Part shown: in pieces, positions 1 to 6,962 of the stretch | Position numbering within the stretch: the stretch's first letter is position 1 | How the letters are laid out: each line of letters begins with the position of its first letter | Source of the DNA: an uncultured Actinomycetes bacterium | GTDB taxonomy: Bacteria; Actinomycetota; Thermoleophilia; UBA2241 | Direction of reading: 5' to 3' | Length of the DNA stretch: 13,767 nt | Assembly (NCBI GenBank): GCA_963709345.1 | Contig: CAVPVX010000008.1 | Coordinates: forward strand, 1 to 13,767 | Notes under the pieces: model-generated | Told to the model about the DNA's origin: nothing | The model's database searches: none | What the model saw: only the letters and a program-made list of their open reading frames with translations | Program-made: the position numbers and the translations under genes

Positions 1-40
1 TGAGCTCCGCCAGCCGGTCGCGGTCGATGATCGCGGTCAT
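1..40 (-). CDS. 5' end of a gene running off the window (MTAIIDRDRLAEL...), possibly a class-III PLP-dependent aminotransferase
   Basis: ATG at 40..38 with GGAGGT RBS at 52..47. The 13 visible codons resemble the partial gene at 13732 (MTTIDRDRLAAL). The product guess rests only on this short N-terminus. Confidence 0.45.
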   Translation of the reverse strand, partial: MTAIIDRDRLAEL

Positions 41-86
41 GTGGTCACCTCCGTGACGATCCTATCCGAGCCGGCGCGCGTGCGGC

Positions 87-1475
87 TCATGCGAGCCCTG
101 CGTGCCGTTTGAAGCGCTGCACGCAATTGATCGGCAGATCCAGCAGTTCGGCGATCCTGAACTTCGCCTCCATGGCGCTCGACTGGGTGGGGTAGCTGAT
201 CTCAAAGGTCGTGATGCGCCCGAGCTGCCGCTCCCTTCGCACGTCCTCCATGGCGATGGGATCGGAGAGGTCGAAGGGGCTGACCCCGAGCCGCTCCGCA
301 ACGTAGGCCTTAGCCTCACGGATCCGCATTCCCCGAGTGATCTGCATGCGCGCCACCAGATCTCCAGCAGCGCGCATCCCGCACATCCCCGAGGCGGTCG
401 CGTGAGCACACGGCATCCCGAGAGGGTCGCCGCCGCCGACCTACAAGCCGTCCAGCCGCAGAATGTCGACGGTGGCGCGCGAGGCGCGCGCCACGGCGTC
501 CAGCGGCAGGTAGCTGGTGGTGGGGACGGCGCCGACGCCCATGCCGATGTTCATGTGCACGGGGATCTCGGCCACCTCCATGCACGGCTTGACGATCGTC
601 AGCGCGCGCGCGATGTTCCACGCCCCCGTGCGGCGGGTGTTGACGGTGATCGCCGGGCCGTAGATCGTCGCCCCGGCCCGGCGCACGAGCTCCATCTGTC
701 CGCGCGGCCAGAGACCGGCCAGGCGCACCCCGTCGTACTCGAGCCGGCCGTGCATGCCGAGCACGAACTCGCCGGCCATGCCGACCTGGATGCCCATGTC
801 GGGATGGGCCGCGCGGATGCGCTCGATCGCGAGTAGGGTGGCCAGGAAGTCGCCGTCGCCGGCCGCGCCGGCGGTGTCGAAGTCGATGCCGTCGGCGCCC
901 GCCTCCCACAGCGCGTCGGCGGTCTTCACCATGTCTTCGACGGCGTACCCGACCGCGTCCTCCTGGGCCGCTCGCGCCTCGTCCACTCGCGCCAGCGGCA
1001 GCAACTCCGACCAGTTGGGCGCCGGCCCGTCGGGCTTTGAGTACAGGCCCAGATTGGGCATCGCCCCGTACATCAGCGGCACCGTGAGAACCGCCTGTGC
1101 ATCTTTCATGCTCTGCGCCTCGAACGGCAGGATGGTCCGGATGGCCTTGAACGAGTAGTCGACGTGCCCGAGCTCGACGGAGTCGGCTCCGAACATCTGC
1201 TCGTAGATGAGCAGGTCCTGGGTGCGCGTGCCGACCGTCTTTGACCCCGAGCCGTCGTAGGTGAGCACGACTTCGTCGCCGATGTCGACGGCGGAGAACT
1301 TGGCCGGCGACGCCCAGATCTCAAGCAGGTGGTCGAGCTCGTCCGCGGACAGCGGCGGCACCTTGGCCCGGCTCGCCGCCGCCAAGGTGCCCTCTTCGAG
1401 CTCCGCGCGCAGCTCGCTGCGCGTCAAGCGGGTCAGCGAGCCGTCACCCATGCGGGTCGGGAACTGCGTCTCCAT
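87..1475 (-). CDS. mtbB: Dimethylamine:corrinoid methyltransferase MtbB, 462 aa, with in-frame TAG (pyrrolysine) at codon 345
   Basis: ORF 441..1475 (TRMGDG N-terminus, YGAMPNLGLY, DTAGAAGDGDF, MGVGAVP) ends LDGL-TAG at 443..441. The same frame continues VGGGDPLGMPCAHATASGMCGMRAAGDLVARMQ...EAKAYVAERLGV into ORF 87..416, the typical MtbB C-terminal region after Pyl. AAGGAG RBS at 1490..1485; TGA stop. Confidence 0.93.
441..443 (-). other. In-frame amber codon, predicted pyrrolysine site of MtbB
   Basis: Reads GAC GGC TTG TAG GTC GGC GGC GGC GAC CCT, matching the DG(I/L)-O-(I/V)GxGDP motif of MtbB. Confidence 0.9.
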
Positions 1476-1492
1476 CTTCCGGTGCTCCTTGT

Positions 1493-2920
1493 TCAGTGGC
1501 CGCCCGCGCCACGCGCGTACCGCTCGAACGCGGCGCGCGCCTCGCGGCGGGCATCGTCGGGGATGGGGGTCGGCACGTGCGCGGCGAGCACTGCTTCAGC
1601 GCGCGCCAGCGCGTCGCTCACCAGGGAACGCCCCGCATACGCGGATGGGGCCTCACGCTGGAACACGGATGCGCGCCAGATCTCACCGCGGCGAGAGTTC
1701 ACGCGAGAGCTGCGCCGCGCGAGGAACTGACCGCCCGGGCCGACCGCGGCGATGTCGTCGATCAGGGTCGACGCGTCGTCCACGGTGTCGGGCAGCTCGA
1801 GCAGGCGCTTGACCGACCCGATGAGGTCGCAGTCGAGGATGGTCTTGGCGGTGGATACCGCCTCGTCGACGACCCCGGCCCCGACGAGCAGATCGGCGCC
1901 GCACAGCACGGAGGTCGCCGCCGTCAGTGCACCCTCCGAGCCGGCCTGGAAGTTGGCGGCCTTGGCATCCGAGCTCATGCCGGCGCTCATGCTCGGCAGG
2001 CCGTACCGACGGGTCATGGCCAGGCTCGCCATGTCGATCAGCGCGACCTCGGGCGTGCCGCTGAGATACCCGCCGGTGCGCAGATGCGTGGAGCCGCCGA
2101 TGGCGACCACCATGAGAGGGCAGCCCGGCGCCGCCAGCTGGAAGATGGTGACGGCGGCCAGGATCTCCGCGAGCGTGATGACGGTCGTGCCCAGGACGCT
2201 CAGAGGAGCCGTGGTACCCATCAGCGGCAGGGGATGGACGAGGATCGGTACCCCGTGGCGCGCGAGCTCGATTGAGGCCTCGAGCTTGTCGCCCTCGAAC
2301 CGCAGCGGCGACACGGGGCAGTGCAGCGAGGAGTAGATCGGCCGCTCGTGCATCGGCGCCCCCGCGATCGCCTCCAACATCTCCAGAAGGGGCGGCACCT
2401 GCTCCGGCGAGTGCGCCACGACGCTCTGCACGTGCTTGGAGGTGGACTCCAGGGCGATGAGATCGGTCTCGAGGCCCACCGTCGGCGCATCGAGCTCACC
2501 CAACGTCAGCGAGGTCCAGATGAAGTCGAGGTCGTCAAGAGCGTCGAAGAGGCCGTAGAAGTAGGCGAGGTCGTCGCGCGTAGCGTCACGCACCGCGTCG
2601 GTCACGTCGTCCAGGACCGTCATCACCATGCCGTCCGTGCAGCAGGCCAGCGGCGAGCCGGCGCCGACGAGCAGGTCGTGAGCCGCGTCGCGGGCCGCGA
2701 GCCGCACGCTCCCGGGAGCCTTCTCCAGACAGCTCTCGACCAGCTCTGGGGGCAGGGTCGCGGTGCGGCGCTCCCTGTCGACGTGGGCGCCCGCGTCGGC
2801 GAGGAGGTCCAGGGCGACGGTGGACTCCACGCCGATGCCCACGTGCTCGAGCACGTACAGGACGCGCTGGTGCAGCGCGTCCTTCTCGGCGGCCGAAAGG
2901 CACCCGAACTTCAGGTGCAT
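1493..2920 (-). CDS. MttB-superfamily methyltransferase without Pyl, 475 aa; Ser at the Pyl-equivalent position
   Basis: Start is ATG 2920 (MHLKFGCLSAAE) with GGGAG RBS; the upstream part of ORF 1493..3487 is an off-frame read of mttB. Motifs CPVSPLRF, MGTTAPLSVLG, GTPE, YGLPSMSAGMSSDAK, VGPGGQFL. Confidence 0.9.
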   Translation of the reverse strand: MHLKFGCLSAAEKDALHQRVLYVLEHVGIGVESTVALDLLADAGAHVDRERRTATLPPELVESCLEKAPGSVRLAARDAAHDLLVGAGSPLACCTDGMVMTVLDDVTDAVRDATRDDLAYFYGLFDALDDLDFIWTSLTLGELDAPTVGLETDLIALESTSKHVQSVVAHSPEQVPPLLEMLEAIAGAPMHERPIYSSLHCPVSPLRFEGDKLEASIELARHGVPILVHPLPLMGTTAPLSVLGTTVITLAEILAAVTIFQLAAPGCPLMVVAIGGSTHLRTGGYLSGTPEVALIDMASLAMTRRYGLPSMSAGMSSDAKAANFQAGSEGALTAATSVLCGADLLVGAGVVDEAVSTAKTILDCDLIGSVKRLLELPDTVDDASTLIDDIAAVGPGGQFLARRSSRVNSRRGEIWRASVFQREAPSAYAGRSLVSDALARAEAVLAAHVPTPIPDDARREARAAFERYARGAGGH

Positions 2921-4395
2921 TGTGGACTCCCTACTGCCGCAGCGGCGTCGGCCGCGTCCACGATCTCGCGGATCTCGCGCACGACGTCGTCGGGCAGCGG
3001 CTCCGGCACGTGCGTCGCGAGGATGCGGCGCGCCTCCTCCAGCGCGCGCTGATGCAGGTCCTTGCCGCCGGCGGCGGCCCAGTCCTCCCGCACCCTGCGG
3101 TCGATCAGCTTCGGCTGGGACTGGCTGCGCATGAACTTGAGTGTGGAGTCCAGGCTGAGGAAGTCCCCGAAGGGGCCCACCTGCGCGATGTCGTCCACGC
3201 CGAGCCGCTCGTCGTCCACCGGGACACCCATGACCGCGTGCTTGATCATCCGGGCGAACTCGTTGTCCATGACGAGCTGGCCGAAATCGAACGCGACACC
3301 CGACTCGATCATCCCCGCGCCGTAGATCAGGTTGGCACCTGCCAACGCCGGCAGCAGCGCGGTCAGCGTCTTCTCGTGACCGGTCTGAGCGTCGAAGAGC
3401 TTGGAGTCGCCCTACAACCCGGCCACGTAGCTGGGCAGGCGATACCGTCGCGCGATGGCGGCTGCGGCGGCGCTGATGACGCCACACTCCGGCGAGCCGA
3501 CGGAGGCCGCCGCGAGGCGCAGGTCCATGGCCGTCGTCGAGCTGCCGTAGAGCATCGGCGTGCCTGGGCTCGTGAGCTGCGCCAGCGTGATTCCGGCGAG
3601 CACCTCAGCGTTGTGGACGACGAGTGTACCGGCGAGATTGACGGGGGCCGAGCCACCGGCCATCGCCATCGAGAGCACCAGACAGGGGACGCCGGCGCGC
3701 GCGGCCGAGACGATCGCCTCCGAGCACTCCTTGGGGAGCTTCAGCGGACTCACCGGACATACTCCGATCATCACCATCGGACGCCGCCGCAGAGCCTCCC
3801 GGTCACCCACGACGGCGGCGGCGATGTCGAGTATCGTCTCGGCCTCCCAGCGGGAGAGGGGGCCGGCGCAGATGTGCTTACTGGTGTTGAGCAGCGCCGC
3901 CTCGTAGCTGTGGATGGTCGCCGTCGCGGTCGGCATGTCGTGAGCTCCGACGGCGATCTCGTACGTGTCCAGTTCGTCCAGGTAGTCGGCGACTCGCGCG
4001 GTGTCGGCGACGTCCTGCTTGGTCGGCTCGCGCATCTCGCCGGTCTCGGGGTCGACGATGCTGATGCCCTCGCCGAACGTCGTGAAGCCGACGCGCCCGG
4101 CATCGAGCATGATGTCGTCCTTGGGGCTGCGACCGGCGGCCAGGATGCGCTCCGGCGACGAGTCGATCGCCGCCTCGACGAGCCGCGGCGGAATCCTCAC
4201 GACCCCGGTCGCACGATCGACGATCGCGCCGCCGGACTCGAAGATGTCCAGCGCCTCGGGGTCGTCGGTGAAGACGCCAGTCTGCTCGAGGACCTCCAGA
4301 GTCGCGACGTGGAGGTCCCTGAACTCGTCGTCGGTGAAGGCATTCAGGCTGAAGCCTCCGCTGCGCGTACGTCCCGCGTGGGCACGTCGTTTCAA
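2911..4395 (-). CDS. mttB: Trimethylamine:corrinoid methyltransferase MttB, 494 aa, with in-frame TAG (pyrrolysine) at codon 328
   Basis: ORF 3412..4404 ends LPSYVAGL-TAG (3414..3412) and continues in frame [38 protein letters not shown] into ORF 2911..3345. TTG start at 4395 is preferred: it lies 7 nt after GGAGGT and gives MKRRAHAG, aligning with the paralogue's MKRNLHAG. Confidence 0.94.
3412..3414 (-). other. In-frame amber codon, predicted pyrrolysine site of MttB
   Basis: GTG GCC GGG TTG TAG GGC GAC TCC AAG = VAGL-O-GDSK, matching the MttB VAGx-O-xD(A/S)K motif. Confidence 0.92.
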
Positions 4396-4420
4396 TGGAC
4401 CCACCTCCCCCGATAGTTTC

Positions 4421-4438
4421 GCTATCTATACATATAGC
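4421..4438. promoter_or_regulatory. AT-rich imperfect palindrome, candidate TetR operator between divergent mttB and tetR
   Basis: GCTATCTATACATATAGC has 7 of 9 symmetric pairs. It lies between a TTGACG -35-like hexamer (minus strand, 4460..4455) and the mttB RBS. Confidence 0.5.
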
Positions 4439-4485
4439 AAGCCAGTCTGGTCTGCGTCAAGAACTCCATGGTACGCTGCGACGCG

Positions 4486-5163
4486 ATGGACCGAGCGCAC
4501 TCCACAGAGCAGCCCGCAAGGAGCCTGCAGCCGCAACAGAACAGACGTCAGCTCAGCGCGGCCGCGTCAAGAGACAGGCTCATCGAGGCGACGATCCTGT
4601 GCATGGCCAACTACGGCCCCGCAGGCGTTTCCATCGAGAGGATCACCGACGCCGCCGGGGTGTCTCGCGGCCTGGTGCGGCACCACTTCGGCAGCAAGCG
4701 TCGGCTCCTCCTCGAGGCGTTCCGGCGCCTCGCGGACGGGCAGCGGGCGGCGTTCACAGCCGGCCCGGCGGAGGACGACGATCCGGTGGCGACGCTACGC
4801 GCGATCGTCGCCACGGACTTCCGTGAGGAGCTGGCCGCGCCTGAACGGGCTCACGCCTGGTTCGGGTTCTGGCAGGCAGCCCTCGGCGACCCGGACCTCA
4901 AGGAGATCAACGAGCGTGTGTACGCCGACGAGCGCGAGCGGTACAGCGAGCTCTTCCGCGAGGCGGCGCGGCGACAGGGCCTGGACATCGATCCCCGCAA
5001 GGCCGGGATCGGGCTCGTGGCCCTCGCGGACGGAGCCTGGATCGAATTGCTGATGGCGGCGACGGACTTCAGTGTCGACGATGCGCTCGCGCTCTGCGAC
5101 GACTACATCGACATGGTCCTGGAGCGGGGCCGCTCCGGTCGCGGGAGAGCCGGAGGCAGCTGA
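4486..5163 (+). CDS. TetR-family transcriptional regulator, BetI-like
   Basis: N-terminal TetR HTH (LIEATILCMANYGPAGVSIERITDAAGVSRGLVRHHFGSK) and a BetI-type C-terminal segment (AWFGFWQAALGDPDL). Start is ATG 4486 or 4468; neither has a clear RBS, and TG-g-TACGCT at 4469..4477 favours a leaderless start at 4486. Confidence 0.88.
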   Translation: MDRAHSTEQPARSLQPQQNRRQLSAAASRDRLIEATILCMANYGPAGVSIERITDAAGVSRGLVRHHFGSKRRLLLEAFRRLADGQRAAFTAGPAEDDDPVATLRAIVATDFREELAAPERAHAWFGFWQAALGDPDLKEINERVYADERERYSELFREAARRQGLDIDPRKAGIGLVALADGAWIELLMAATDFSVDDALALCDDYIDMVLERGRSGRGRAGGS

Positions 5164-5176
5164 GCCGTCACGGCGC

Positions 5177-5206
5177 GGCCCCTCGCGAACGCCCTCGCGG
5201 GGGGCC
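5177..5206. terminator. GC-rich hairpin between convergent tetR and MttB-family genes, likely a bidirectional terminator
   Basis: GGCCCCTCGCGA-ACGCCC-TCGCGGGGGGCC forms a 12-bp stem with one G:U pair. There is no U-tract. Confidence 0.55.
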
Positions 5207-5218
5207 CCGCTTGGCCGG

Positions 5219-6631
5219 TCAGCCCCCCGGCCGCCGGGCCTCGACGTCCGCAAGGATCCGGTCGAGGCCCGCCGTCACGTCATCCGGCAGCGCGAAGGCG
5301 CGCGGCTCGGAGCGCAGCTCCGCGACTCGCGCCCGCAGGCGGTCGAGCAGCGTCTTTGACCCGTCCGCCTCCCAGGCGTCGTGCCGCGTCGTGTCCAGGA
5401 AGTCGCTCTGCCAGATCTTGCGGAAGTGCTTGCGCGTGTAGGGCCGGGCCAGGTGGTTGCCGCCCGGCCCCACCGCCTCGATCTCGTCCAGCGCCAGCGC
5501 CTCGTCGTCCACAGGTAGCGGCGCCATGAACGCCTTCGCCCAGCCGAGCAGGTGGTCGCCGAAGACGATCGACTCGTAGCTGCTCTGCAACCCGCACTCG
5601 AGGTAACCGACGTCGTGCAGCAGCGTCCCGCGGCTGAGCTTGCCGAGGATCGCCGTCAAAGCCGCCTCCGCGCTCCACTGCTCGTCCAGCAGCTTGCTGT
5701 CGGTGTGCGCCGCGTAGGCGAAGCTCGGCAGGTCGTACCAGCGCGCCAGGTCGGTCTGCGCCTGGTGGCCGCGGAAGACGTCGGCGGACGAATACACTTC
5801 GTTCATCGTCCGCATGTTCATGGCGCCGACCCCGACGCCCCAGACGAACGGCGCACCGGGTTTGACCGCCTGGCTCAGAACGAGGCCGGCGAGGACCTCG
5901 GCGTTGGCGACCACGATGACGGCGGCCACGCTGGCCGGCGCCGTGGTGCCGGCGTTCGGCGCCGGCGCCCAGACGAGCGGGATGCCGAGCTCGGCGCAGG
6001 CGATCACCTTGCTGGCGCCGTCCTCGTCAAGAAGGAGCGGCGGCACGGGCATGGCGTAGATGGCGAAGCTGCCCGCCTCGCCGGCGAGCGCCGCCATCTC
6101 CCGCATCCTCGGGAGGATGTGCCCATCGCGGGGCGCCACGATGAGCGGCTTGCGCGTGCCCCGCAGCATGGCGTCCACCTGCACGAGGTCGTCGATCGCC
6201 TGCGGAGCATCTTCCGGCAGGCCCATGCTCATGACGAAGTCGATGTTGGGCAGCTTCTCGCAGAGAGCCGCCATGCCCTCGACGTCGGCGCGGCGGACGC
6301 GGCGGCGCTCACGGGTGTCCGGGTCGCAGACGTACAGGATGTCCGACCCAGTGCCGCAGTAGGTGTGGCCGGCGTCGAGCACGAGCGGCTCGGTCTCGCC
6401 GCCGCGCGACTTGATGGTCCAGTCGCGCGACGCGCTCTTGAGCGCCGCACCGACAAGCTCAGCGGGGATGCGCACCCGCGCCCCGTCCACCTGTGCACCG
6501 GCCCCGGCGAGGATCTCGACGGCCGGCGCGTAGTGCACGTCGATCCCCGTCTCGGAGAGCACCTGCAGCGTCGCCTCATGCACACGCCGACAGGCGGCCG
6601 CGTCCCAGATTGTCAGATGCGCCTCGTTCAT
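5219..6631 (-). CDS. MttB-superfamily methyltransferase without Pyl, 470 aa; His at the Pyl-equivalent position
   Basis: Motifs VHEATLQVLSETGI, AGTTAPASVA, NAEVLAGLVLSQAVKPGAPF, YDLPSFAYAAHTDSK, VGPGGNHL. GAGGAGG RBS at 6642..6636. Confidence 0.92.
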   Translation of the reverse strand: MNEAHLTIWDAAACRRVHEATLQVLSETGIDVHYAPAVEILAGAGAQVDGARVRIPAELVGAALKSASRDWTIKSRGGETEPLVLDAGHTYCGTGSDILYVCDPDTRERRRVRRADVEGMAALCEKLPNIDFVMSMGLPEDAPQAIDDLVQVDAMLRGTRKPLIVAPRDGHILPRMREMAALAGEAGSFAIYAMPVPPLLLDEDGASKVIACAELGIPLVWAPAPNAGTTAPASVAAVIVVANAEVLAGLVLSQAVKPGAPFVWGVGVGAMNMRTMNEVYSSADVFRGHQAQTDLARWYDLPSFAYAAHTDSKLLDEQWSAEAALTAILGKLSRGTLLHDVGYLECGLQSSYESIVFGDHLLGWAKAFMAPLPVDDEALALDEIEAVGPGGNHLARPYTRKHFRKIWQSDFLDTTRHDAWEADGSKTLLDRLRARVAELRSEPRAFALPDDVTAGLDRILADVEARRPGG

Positions 6632-6758
6632 ACCGCCTCCTCATTCACGCCCGGCACCACCAAGCTCCGTGAATCGAGCAGGTGCGAGCACATGCCTCGA
6701 CAGGGCCGGCGGGTCCCGGCCCGGACGAGTCTACCTCGGCCGCGCCGTATCCCCGCTC

Positions 6759-6804
6759 AGAGAATCTCATTGGCATCTGATCCATCCCCCCGAGAGAATC
6801 GCAT
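6759..6804. repeat. 12-nt imperfect direct repeat AGAGAATC(T/G)CAT, two copies
   Basis: AGAGAATCTCAT at 6759..6770 and AGAGAATCGCAT at 6793..6804, 34 nt apart, in a divergent intergenic region. Confidence 0.5.
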
Positions 6805-6844
6805 CTGTTTGGTCGGTGGCCTCCCCCGATGTAGGCCCTCTCGA

Positions 6845-6871
6845 GCACGGATCACCGGTGGTGATCCGTGC
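6845..6871. repeat. Perfect 12-bp inverted repeat with a 3-nt spacer
   Basis: GCACGGATCACC-GGT-GGTGATCCGTGC, in the divergent intergenic region 6632..6962. Confidence 0.7.
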
Positions 6872-6962
6872 CGGTTCTGAGGTGGACCGAGATGAAGCCT
6901 ACCTGCGAATCTACCCGCGACTGGGGAATCGGCGGGCAGGAGCACGGCCCTGGGGGCGCTCC

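Noticed and set aside
87-416. ORFs 87..416, 2911..3345 and 12611..13081 as independent small genes
   Set aside because: They are the post-amber C-terminal parts of MtbB and MttB. The first two are in frame with the upstream ORFs and none has a convincing RBS of its own.
2920-4416. Long antisense or alternate-frame ORFs (e.g. 2920..4416 +, 5552..6880 +, 9299..10618 -, 11288..12277 +)
   Set aside because: Shadow ORFs expected from high-GC codon bias. They are Arg/Ala/Gly-rich, lack recognisable motifs and overlap well-supported genes.
6845-6871. Hairpin as part of a tRNA-Pyl (pylT) gene
   Set aside because: There is no CTA anticodon loop, cloverleaf or acceptor stem. No pylT was recognised anywhere in the window; a covariance-model search would be decisive.
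6632-6962. Cobalamin, SAM or glycine riboswitch in the long intergenic region
   Set aside because: I could not find the conserved cores (e.g. the B12 box or GCCACTG) on either strand by eye.
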